This document shows, piece after piece, positions 12,282 to 23,620 of a DNA stretch of 64,000 bases. A program made the translations under genes and the position numbers. This DNA comes from Blasia pusilla. Taxonomy: Eukaryota. A model generated the notes under the pieces. The model had not been told where the DNA came from, made no database searches, and saw only the letters and a list, made by a program, of their open reading frames with translations. The stretch is from positions 558,001 to 622,000 of the forward strand of contig CM114271.1 of assembly GCA_050084515.1 (NCBI GenBank), given 5' to 3'. Position 1 is the stretch's first letter, and the number at the start of each line of letters is the position of its first letter.

Positions 12282-15134
12282 TCGCGCCTCGCGGATATAC
12301 TGGTTCTAACAAAAGGAGGAAATGCGAGGGTCGACACAAACATGTGGAGGTAAATGGTTTGAAGAGAGGAGAAACACGTCTCATTGTTATAGACGGGGAA
12401 GTAGATGGATCCCAAGTTAGAGTGTTGATTGATCCTGGGGCAACAGAAAACTTCCTTTCAAGAGCCATAGCTACGAAATTGGGCTTAGCTTTAGAGAGGG
12501 ATCAAAAAGAAGAGGTAGAATTACCAAACGGGCAAACAGAAAAGATTGAGAAGCTTCCTCGAAGGTTAGAGTTGAGGATAGGAAAGTATCTGGAAGAGTT
12601 GGAGATGAAGGTCATTAGGTTAGCACGTTATGATGTTATCTTGGGAATGCCTTGGATGGAACACTATAATCCAGAGGTAGATTTGAGAAAAAATATTGTG
12701 AAGACCCGAGAGTGGAAGCTTTACGGAGACAGAGTCAGATCACGTCCTAGAACCCTACCCCTATATGTAATAGGAAAAACCGCCATCAAACATCAAGATG
12801 TATGTTTCCTAGGTTTAATAAGAGATGTTTATAGTTTGAAAAAATATTCAGAGGTACCAGACGAGTTGAGAGAAGTATTGGAGGAATACAAAGATGTATT
12901 CCCAAATGATTTACCATCAGGGTTACCACCCAAACGGAGGGTAGACCACAAGATTGAGATCCTTCTAGGAAGCACACCACCATGTAAAGCTCTTTACCGC
13001 TTAGCTCCAAGAGAATTAGAAGAATGCAAAGCCCAAGTGGAGGAGATGTTGCAGAAAGGCTTCATCCAACCAAGCGTCTCGCCATATAGAGCCCCTGTCC
13101 TTTTTGTGAAAAAGAAGGATGGAAGCATGCGATTGTGTATCGACTATCGAGCACTGAATCAACAAACAGTCAAAAAAAAATATCCATTACCAAGAATGGA
13201 TGATTTGTTCGACCAACTACAAGGAGCAAAATACTTCACCAAACTTGACCTTCGTAGCGGCTACAACCAAATTCGAATTGCGGATGAAGATGTGCACAAG
13301 ACTGCTTTTTGTACTAGATGTTTCAGGTACTAGCATTGGAGGAGTACTACAACAAGAATGGGAGGATGGATGGCATCCTATTGCCTTCTTTTCTCGCAAG
13401 CTATTGCCAGCGGAGCAAAACTACTATACAACTGAGCGAGAAGAACTTGCTATTGTGTTGGCAACCAAGCATTGGAAACATTACTTGGGGAATAAGGAGT
13501 TTGTGGTGGAGACTGATCACAAGCCCTTGGTCTACTTAGAGTCCCAGGAAGAGCTCTCCAAACGTCAAATTCGATGGGCAGAATGGCGACAACAATTCAT
13601 GATGAAAATTATCTATGTGGAAGGAAAGAAGCAGTTGGAAAACGCCTTGACTCGCATACCACAGATGATTAACATATCTGAAGTGGAGATAGTTGGTGGA
13701 AAAAGTTATCCAAAGCCACAAAGGAGGATGAAGAAATTGTAGTGTCTATTCATGCCAACAGAGTATACAAGGCTCAAGGATTGGTTTTCCATAAAGGTAA
13801 AGTATGGATCCCACAAGATACACAATTACGTACTGAAGTATTGTCTGAAGCTCACGACACAGTCATTGCGGGTCATATGGGAGATGAAAAAACCTTAGAG
13901 GGAGTACAACGAGCGTACTATTGGCCCAAAATGAGAGAAGATGTTGACATATATGTAAGGAGTTGTAGGATTTGTCAACAAATCAAGGCTAGTTACACAA
14001 AACCAGCAGGATTATTGCAGCCGATCCCAATATCTAAAAAACGTTGGGAATAAGTCACTATGGATCTTGTTTGTGAGCTACCATGTACGATCACGGGATA
14101 TGACTCTATTGTGGTCTTTGTGGATAGACTAAGCAAGATGATAAACCTTCGTCCGACCAAGAAGACTGTGACTGCACCAGAGTTGGCTAGGATCACCATC
14201 CAGACAGTCTTTGTCCATCATGGTCTTCCTAAAGTGCGTATCACTGATAGGGAAACCCATTTCACGATTTTATTTTGGAAGGCTTTATTCCGATTACTCC
14301 AAACTAAAATAGCCATATGTACGGCTTATCACCCTCAAACTGATGGAAAAATTTGAAAGGGCCAACCGTACCATCGAGGATATGCTACGCGCCTTAACAT
14401 TGGAGGATCAACAAGGATGGGACTCATTGTTACCCTTAGTAGAGTTCTCATACAATAACTCCATGAACTCTTCCACTAAGGCCACACCGTTCTTTTTAAT
14501 GCATGGCGAGCATCCCTCAATTCCTTCTAGTCTCACTCGAATAGGGAAAAATCCGAGGGAATCTACAAAGGTAGCTGTAGTTAATGAGTTTGTGGACCAA
14601 ATTCAGAAAAGGGGTTCAACTTGCTAAGGAGAAGTTTGCTATTGCCCAAAATCGACAAAAAAACATGCAGATACTCATTGTCGATTTTTTTGAAGGGGAC
14701 AAGGTTTGGTTAGCAAAAAACAATTTATCATAAGTAGGAGTTCGTAAGCTTAATCCTCACTATATTGGGCCTTTCACTATCCTACAAAAGTGGGCGCTGT
14801 GGCGTATAACTTAGACCTACCAATGCATATAAAAATCCATTATGTATTTCATGTCTCTCTTCTTCGACCGTTTATTCCACACCCTAAGAGATTTAAGGAT
14901 AATATTGTCACTCCACCACTACCTCAAATAGTCGGAGATCATGAAGAATTTGAAGTGGAACGTATCTTGAAGAAACGCATTCGAGGAGCTCATCACCAAC
15001 GAGTTGAATATTTGGTCCAATGGAAAGGATATCCACTATTTGAGGCCACATGGGAACCCTCAGCCAACTTGGCGAACGCACCATTAATAGTGCAAGAGTT
15101 TGAAAGTTCTCAAAACGAGGACGTTGTGTCTTAA
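12260..15134 (+). pseudogene. pol: pol (protease, truncated RT, RNase H, integrase, chromodomain) with frameshifts and stops
   Basis: LIDPGAT protease; [10 protein letters not shown] and [23 protein letters not shown] RNase H; HHCC and YHPQTDG integrase; C-terminal chromodomain EFEVERIL...EYLVQWKGYPLFEATWEP. Confidence 0.9.
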
Positions 15135-15145
15135 ATGGGGGGAGG
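15133..15145 (+). promoter_or_regulatory. Polypurine tract
   Basis: aaatggggggagg immediately before the 3' LTR. Confidence 0.8.
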
Positions 15146-15147
15146 TT

Positions 15148-15486
15148 TGTAACCATCCTTTGTTAGTCATAGTTAAGTTAGAATCTATGACATGAAGCGC
15201 ATAAGTGGGAAATAATCAACCAAAAAGAGAAAAGACAAGATACATGAGATAAAGATGAGAATGGGGCCATAGGTTGGTGAAAAGGGAGATAAGGATGAGG
15301 TTGGGACATTAGATTCCAAAGGAGATTTTCTCATGCTATGAGAGTAGGACATGTGGCATAAGGATAGGTAGAGCTTATTTGTTTTCATTGTACCTATCTC
15401 TAAGTATATAAAGGAAGAGGAGAGGCTTCGAGGGGCATTCTATCTTTGAGCAACTCTACAGTGGTTCCGTGAGTTGGAGAGTTACA
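15148..15486 (+). repeat. 3' LTR (339 bp)
   Basis: Direct repeat of 10141-10478. Confidence 0.95.
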
Positions 15487-16679
15487 ATGGTGTGGTATTA
15501 TTTTTTGGTTTTTGCTATGCTTCTAACTTAATTTTTGAATGGTGTGAAAATTCCAAGGAGTGGGAAAGAAGTGAGTTGCAAGCTTTTGAATAGTTTGGAT
15601 TATTTTAATAAGAAATAAAATAAAAATGAGAGTCAAAATTCCAAGTTTAGTTTTTATGCAAAGAAATCTAATGGCACCAAAAATATTTAAGCATATTGTA
15701 ACGAACACTTGAAAGGCTATTACAAAGTCTTAAGGCTAGAATGTGCCTATTGGTTGTGTTTCAAATTGCAATTGACCTTTTGTTATACACATTTAACAAT
15801 GGTATTTCAAAAACTATAACTTTGCACCTTTGGATGTCCTTCAAATTTTCAAAGAAGAAGAAGAAGATTTTTCTAGTAAATGTGAATTCGTTATGATTAT
15901 TTGGACCATTCAATTGGAGTTGAGTGATTCAATCATAATTAATTAACTTAAATTATATTTTTTGTAATGATAACTCCACTTACTTACATGTTAAAAAACT
16001 AAATTCAAACTTGCATATTCATCACATGGCCATATATGCCATGGAAAATCTTCATTAATTTTAAATAATTTATGATACGATTATCTATAAAAACATTAGC
16101 TTCTTAATGACAAAAATATCCAATATATAATTATAGAATGTGACTTTATATTATTCATTTTCTATTAATAGAAGTAAATCCTAATCGTAAGATGGGCTAA
16201 AAATTTGGGATACGAGATAACAAAATTTCTTATGAATGTTTCAACCATTAGTCCAAATTAGGGAAGTGCTATTGTGTCAACCAAGCAAGTATTAAGTCAC
16301 CACTACTACATAACTAAGACATATTTGTTGCTATTTATGTCATGACTATATAACTTGAATAAGTTCCTCTAATCATAACAAAAATACGAAAACAATACAA
16401 TTATAATCTTGGTAAATTTTCCCTACCGTTATTCTAAAAAAACCCATGTTTTTTCTTCTAGTGATAGTCCCAACGTACGAGTATTAGAATTCATTATTTC
16501 AATTTATTTGTTGTCCATTTGTAAGTCAAAGTTGCAATCAACTTTGTGCGTATATTGTGACCTTACTATGAGTCGTTGTAGTTGTATATGGAAAATGGTT
16601 GTTTGGACTCATGAAACAACCTTCACTCGTAAAGTTGCGTTAAGCAACAATAGAGTTGCAAAATGAAGAAAGTTTGTAA

Positions 16680-16895
16680 ACAAGCATAAGTGATGGAATA
16701 CACCCCTCTCACTCACATACTACCATGGAGAACAAAATTTTGCGATCAGCGAATGAGTGGAGGTTCTTTCCCTTCTTAGTTATACAAGATATGTACAAGC
16801 AACCCTAACCTTAATCCTTACCATAGTCTCGAGTTATACAAAGTATGGTTAACTAATCCTATTTAAGATAATCATACTTAAATAACTAATCATAA
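16680..16895. repeat. Dispersed repeat fragment; inverted diverged copy at ~51165-51382
   Basis: Segments such as accatggagaac and gtacaagcaaccctaaccttaatcc are reverse complements of sequence near 51240-51340. Confidence 0.7.
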
Positions 16896-17842
16896 TCAAT
16901 ATTTCCTACTTCCGTATGAGTATCAAATATAACAATTTATATGTACTACGTGCTTCACTATAACTTAATCTTGAATACAAAGTAGTGGCTCTTGCCAAAA
17001 AATGGTTCATAATGCAAATGCGACGATGCCTCTATCCATATTAGTGACATTCACAAATATAAAAGGAAAATCGAGAATGAGGAATTTAAAAAAAAATTAT
17101 AACTCTTACCTACCCATGGACTGTATCTTAAAAAATTAAAACAATTTTCCGTACCACTAAACTTCTTAGCAATTAATCCAATTCCAATAAGGAAATAACT
17201 TAAAATTAAAGTAATAAGACGAGTCGTAGAAACTTGGGAGAAACAAAAATAAGGGGCCGTGATGGCTATAGGAGAATTTATAGCCAATTTTAAGTGTTTG
17301 CAAATGATCTTTCAATTGTGTTGTAAGTTCTTTAGAAAGTTATTTTTAGCCCAAAACCTCGCAATTATACTTGCAAAGCACTTGCAAACTTGATGGTTTG
17401 TTAGTACTTTGCAATTCCTACAAGTCATAAAAAATGATTTACAAAAATCACATATTGCCAAGGTTGCATGGGGATAAATTTAATGTCCATAACCATGTCC
17501 ATGTTTGTGGACTTACATTTGTCTTATGGAAGGACTTGCCCATGAAGGCCTCACGTTCCCCTTCTTTCTCATTCCGTCCGCTTACCTTCATGTTCCATAC
17601 TCTTTCTTCTTCCTTCCACCTCCACTCCTTCCCCCTTTATTGCCCCACTTGCCCTTGCCCTGCCTTCCATCATGAAATATAAGTGTGGGTCCTCTTGCAA
17701 TCCATGTCCGTGGACATGTTGGGACTTGTTCGTCCATGTCTGTTTTCCTACAACCATGCAAATTGCTAGTTAGATATGTAAATTATAATCTAAAGTCTTT
17801 GCGTATTATTTATATCTTGTAGGACTCATAACTGGATAAAAC

Positions 17843-17890
17843 TTGCAAATCCATTTATGAGTCCTACAAGACTCATAAATGGATTTGCAA
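17843..17890. repeat. Perfect hairpin, 21-bp arms
   Basis: ttgcaaatccatttatgagtc-ctacaa-gactcataaatggatttgcaa. Confidence 0.9.
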
Positions 17891-18328
17891 AGTTTTAATA
17901 AAAATGAACTCAAAGTTTAAAATTTTCCCGATTAAATCCTCTGGAGTCTCTTTCCTTTTTATTATCTTTTCTCATTTGAAAATTTAAATTTTAAATTGTA
18001 AGGTTCATGCCAAAAAAATCAAATTAAATTGTCTTTTTAGGGGAAATTAAATTTCCTTTTGGGAAAAAATTGAAATGATAATGGAAGATATATTATTTTT
18101 ATTTTATTTTTATTTTTCAAGTTAGATTAGGAGAAAAAATTGATTCCTCTTTTAGGAAAAAATACATCAAAATAAGTGATTTTCTTTTACTTATTAAAAT
18201 ATGGGAATTGAAAAATGATATATTATGTTTTATAAAATTAATCAAAGAGAATTAATGAAAATTTTTCTTGAACCAAATTAGATGGCATTCAAGACATCTA
18301 ATTTATCTTGATTTGGTTCAAGACAAAT

Positions 18329-19150
18329 TAGATGAATTAGTACAAGGAGCATTATTCAAAGAATCATTCAACATTCATTCTTTTAGTCATAATCGAATGT
18401 GAGAAATAACAATAATATAATTTTCATGATTGTAGTTGGTTAAAGATTATCCATCATACCTTTATTTCTTCAAATCAAGCTCCATGCATCAAAGTCTCAA
18501 CATTTTAGACATTAGTTCCAATGTCTTTTCTCTCCATTGGATTTTTTCTTAAGGATCTCCTTCAAAACTTGAATGAATGCATTGGTTGATTATGTAGAGT
18601 AGGCTCCTAAAAGAATTTGGAATGGCTTCCATGACAAGGACTCATAAATTTGAACTTGCAATATAGTCATAAAGTAGTAGATCATGAAAAAAACGGACTT
18701 GCAAAATAATTGTGATCCATCCCTCGTCCCTATTAATAAATGAGAACACCCCAAACAAATACATAAAAAAAGCTCATTCAAAGTTCCATCGATCAAAGAT
18801 GGTTCATGAATTAAATATTACTCTAAATCATATATTTTTATGTCAACCAAAAAAGAAAAGAAATCAAGAATTTTGATAGGACTACATAATCAACCAATGC
18901 ATTCATTCAAGTTTTGAAGGAGACCATTAAGAAAAAATCCAATGGAGAGAAAAGACATTGGAATCAATGTCTAAAATGTTGAGACTTTGATGCATGGAGC
19001 TTGATTTGAAGACATAAAGGTATGATGGATAATCTTTAACCAACTACAATCATGAAAATTATATTATTGTTATTTCTCACATTCGATTATGACTAAAAGA
19101 ATGAATATTGAATGATTCTTTAAATAATGCCCCTTGTACTAATTCACCTA
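18329..19150. repeat. Long inverted repeat: 269-bp arms (18329-18597 and 18882-19150), 284-bp spacer
   Basis: The arms are ungapped reverse complements with about 9 mismatches by manual count. Confidence 0.92.
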
Positions 19151-19789
19151 GTTTTTTTTCTCCTCCCACCTTGCATTTAAGAAAGTGATAGAATAAGTCT
19201 AGCATTCAACTTCGAGCCCATTATTTTTTTATCATCCGTTGAATTAGCATATGCAAGCGTTACTTTACTAACCACTTCTAGAGGCATTGAATAATTATAT
19301 GAGTACTTTTTCCACCTCTATTGTAAGTGGTGAAGAGTATTATAACTTTTGCGTTTGATGCATATTTTTTAAAGATTTTTTGCAACAATTTACCTTAATG
19401 CATGTGTGGTCGGTATTTTTGGATGTTGTCCAACTATTATAGTCATCTAGAATAAGAATCGTGGGAATTGCTCTTTTAGTTGCATTTGTGGGGCATATAT
19501 CCCTCCCCGCTTCATACCGATTTAACCACTCTATTATGCATAAAATATTCAAAAGAACAAATTTATATATGCCTAGGAGTGGCATGTCTCACTTAAATAA
19601 ACTCTTGCACATGCCTCATATGTTGTCTCTTTCTCATCATCATCATGATCCTTGTCGTCCATCAACTAAAGTATTTGTGGGATTGATGCAGTAATGTGGA
19701 GGTAACCCAACAACTCAGATGTATTGAACATGGCCTCATTTAATATGTAGCCCTTTGCATACTTCTCTCCACTCATGATTGGTTTATAA

Positions 19790-22090
19790 TCAAAACCCTT
19801 TAGTGTTCATATATAACACTCCATAAAACACATGCATCAACAATGCACTGGTGTAACTAGTCCAACCTCTTTGACCAAATGGATGAGCCAATAAATTTGA
19901 CTTATCATGAATGAAGGTGGAAAGACCCTCTCCAAGCGTGTCACAACGTACCATAAAAAACTCCACCGCCATATGAACACAATCCTCCAAACATCCATCT
20001 ACAATGCACTAGTTTGGCTATGGCAATCTCTTGGGCCAAATGGATGAGCTAATGATTGTGACTTATCATGAATGAAGGTGGAAAGATCCTTTTCAAGTGT
20101 GTCACAACCACCACTTCCATACAAACACAATACTTTGAATGTATTTCCTTGCTACACACCCATCTATAAAGGAATATTTGAACATAATTAGAATGAGAAA
20201 TCAATATCATAAAATTGCATGAAGATTACGGGTCCTTGTTTCCTTTTTCTTAAGAGTGCATCCACCATGCGGATTAACCTTTAGCTAAAAAAATCCAACA
20301 ATCCATATTTGGAAGCACGAAGCTCAACCTATGCTACGTTGGGTACAGACAGGGGTAGTAGGTCTTGAATTAGTTGATGGAATTCATGGGTCTCTAGACC
20401 CTTGCCCCAATTGTTTGCATCATTATCAAGAAAGGTCGATCGCAAATATGTATCATATCTTTTAGACATCTCACACAATCCCTTCGTATAAATTACATCA
20501 TTCCACCCTAGATCAAAGCCCATAGTGTAGGTGGTCAACCTACAATCTTCCTCCTCAACCAACTGCACCTCTAGATGCACATCCATTTCCTCACATATGA
20601 ATTTGTGAGAATATATGTCTTTCTAGCCAACAAATGGTCCATCAACACGTGCGTCACATTACCCTCAATGTGCATGGGATCCTCCAAGTATTAATTCAAA
20701 AGGCCATATATGGTAAATAAGAAATTCACAAGCTTATGTCATATGAACCTTGAACTAGTGATGATTCAACAATATGCCAAATATACACTAAGATTCCTTT
20801 ATATTATAGTAAGCGCATATACTCATACTCCGATAAGACAACCCATTTAGGGAGGATTCCCACTCGATTCCACAACTCATGCAAGTTATGCTACCCCTCT
20901 CCACATGGTCTTCATGCACCAACCAATCCACATACGTCATAATAGATGGGACTTAACATTTTTCCATCGACTCTAATGTTTGCTTCAGCCTTGGGAGATG
21001 CTTGCAAGGCAACAACTTGGCCACACTTGGATATATTGTGGTCTTAAGCTCTCTGCAATATACTATCTCCAACTAAGGTCTTCAAGTTGTATATGCCAAC
21101 TTATTGGTCTAAAACCTACAAACATGATAGTTATCCATAACTTTTACACTTGGAACTAAGTGTTAACGGACATGATCGAAAGTTCCACTTAATATACTTG
21201 CATGTTGGCTTAGTTGTATACAATGCATCATGATGATAAGGGAGGTTGGTTTTCATAACTAGATGCATCTTGCATTGTCGATAGTAGTATGGTCCAAATT
21301 CTAAAGCCCATGGTCTCTTTAGGGAAATCAATGCTCCTATCTACAACCTGAACTCCCTCCCATAGGGTGAATAATTCTTCAAAGCGCCGCTCAAGGCAAG
21401 TGTCTAGATGCCAAGGCATCTTACGGCCTAATACATAAGGATTCATGTGAAAGATCAATATGTACATGAAATGATCAATCCCATCTTTATATATAACCAT
21501 AAAAGGTGGAATTTTATAGTTCTACAGCATAACTACCCACATGGAATAAGATTGTTGTGTAATACCGTACAGGGACATCCCATATTTCACAAAGACCTAG
21601 TTGTACATTTCAAGGCTATGCTTTCCAATATTGGTATGTTTTCTCCATATATGAATGGGATGTAGATGTAGAGTCGACCACCAAACCCATCACACCATCG
21701 GTTGATCATTGGTGTGCATGCAACACCATCAACTCTGTCAATGACGGAACATTATACATGTGCAACAACCATGGAATGATAGGAAATCAACATAAAAACC
21801 TTTCGAGGCATATCTCCTCGAATGTCATCTTGGTATTATGTCACTAAAATATATGGGTAAAACTTCAAGGATAACCCTTGGATGCATTATAAAAATTAGT
21901 CGTAAGGGCATACATGGATGGTATCATAATCTAGTCCCTTATGTCTCAATAGTTGTTTTGCACCTGGTATGGAGTTAATGGAAGTGTTCCCCTTTGGTAG
22001 CAATCTATCATTTAAAGGTTTAAGATTGAATACAATAATACGTTTGATAACAAATATTGCTCCTATAAGCTTAGAGAGACCAAAATACAT
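19790..22090 (-). pseudogene. Decayed CACTA/En-Spm transposase (TnpD/Tnp2-like)
   Basis: Fragments LLPKGNT...AKQLLRHKGLDYDTIHVCPYD, LDTCLERRFEELFTLWEGVQVVD, GLETHEFHQLIQDLLP and LKRIFPPSFM...RWM resemble Transposase_21/DUF4218 motifs in the expected order. Confidence 0.75.
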
Positions 22091-22645
22091 GCGAAACGAG
22101 ATGTCCTAACATCGTGAGATAATGGGAGTGGTTCATCCTTGTCAAAATGGTCTCATGGTAAAATTTTCTCCATGCCATCATCGAGGAATTCATTGGGGAC
22201 CTGATGTGCATGCTCTCGATCATCTAGTTGGTCTTGATCTAATATTAAATTTAACATTATCATCTATGTATCCCCCTCCAGGTCCTCATGGCCGCCAATG
22301 TACTACTCCATGAAGAGTTTGGATGATCGTCAATCTATAAGTTGGTTGCTACTTTATCCGTTGAGCTGGAGGAATTGGCATCCTCCCCCATCAATAGACA
22401 CTCCAACTTGCAATGTCTTCCAAATAGTGGAATCCTCTATGCATAGCATCTATCCAAATTAGAATATATTCCCTAGTTAGCAAATAGATTACCCAATGAG
22501 GAAGTTTTAAAAAAGCACCCACAAAACAATATGAAGGAAAGAGTGTGTTTTGTTATACACTTATGTAAAATGGATATGTTGATATTTCATATTGGTCTTC
22601 ACCATTTGGAATTAACAAAAACTCCTCACCTATGTCTATGGAATT

Positions 22646-23210
22646 TTTCGTGCGCATACACATCGGTGGTTACATCTACACACCACACAACACTAATCTT
22701 CCCAACACACGGTTCGATCATCTAAAAAAAATACACTCACACATATATACTATGACCCCACAACATAAATTCAGAGTAAAACTAGCTCGTTCGGCCTAAA
22801 ACTTCACTCCTGAATCTACATCGATATATCAAACCACATCCACCCTCTACTATGAGGAAATCTAAATGCTAGTACCCTGGTTCCTACACACACAAGCAAG
22901 AGAGGCGCTCTTAAGGTTCAACATGACAAAGATGGCTTGAGAAAGTCATCTCTCCCTCTACCTCCACAAAAGAAGCCATCCCAATGGTAACTTGCATGCA
23001 CAGGTTAATAGATGACCATTGACTCGGTCAACAATTTATATGACTGACTAGGACCAAAATAGGGAAATTTCCATTAATAATGTTCCCAATGCAACAAAAA
23101 TTTTCCAACCTCATCCAACATCTCATGAAAAAGTTACACCTGAATAGCTTGTCGATCCACTATGACGTTGACGCGATAGAACTCTACCTACGTCTAACTA
23201 AAATGTGACA
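22646..23210 (-). mobile_element. Short LTR-like repeat, family B, with 4-bp TSD AATT
   Basis: Reverse complement starts tgtcacat and matches 32473-32950 and then 34150-34288; flanked by aatt on both sides. Confidence 0.7.
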
Positions 23211-23333
23211 AATTGCTTGTGATACTAGAAATGTAAAATCTTCATTCCATTGTAAACCAAATTTCTTGTGTCAACCCTATATCCACTCCCAAATGGCATT
23301 CCTCTCGCAGGTGTGACTAGAAAATTGAATGTA

Positions 23334-23620
23334 TCAAGTTATGTTACCGCAATATATGGGATCATTGTCAATATATTGTAGAAGGCGAGAGTTGCACACA
23401 ATTAAAGTGTGTGGGGACAAGAGATATTTAGACAAAGATGGAGTCCTTTTAACAAACTCCCTCCATGCAATATGAGAGTATATGGCACCAATGTATGAGA
23501 AACTAATAGGAAATTTAATCATGGCACATCCCTCAACAACCACTATCATGTCTAGCGCAAATACCCCGAGACCATTCCTAAGACTTATAGTAAGTCAGAT
23601 CTTCCACCATGTATCTGCAG
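23334..23620 (-). pseudogene. Possible gypsy RNase H remnant
   Basis: LSKYLLSPHTLIVCNSRLLQYIDNDPIYCGNI loosely resembles the C-terminal part of gypsy RNase H. Confidence 0.3.

Larger units (their letters stand above)
10141..15486 (+). mobile_element. Ty3/gypsy chromovirus LTR retrotransposon, defective
   Basis: Two TG...CA LTRs, PBS, PPT, and gag-PR-RT-RH-IN-chromodomain order. Flanks atgac/atggt are only a degenerate 5-bp TSD. Confidence 0.95.

Noticed and set aside
16301-16987. Small CACTA element bounded by cactac...gtagtg
   Set aside because: The inverted match extends only about 7 bp and there is no clear 3-bp TSD.
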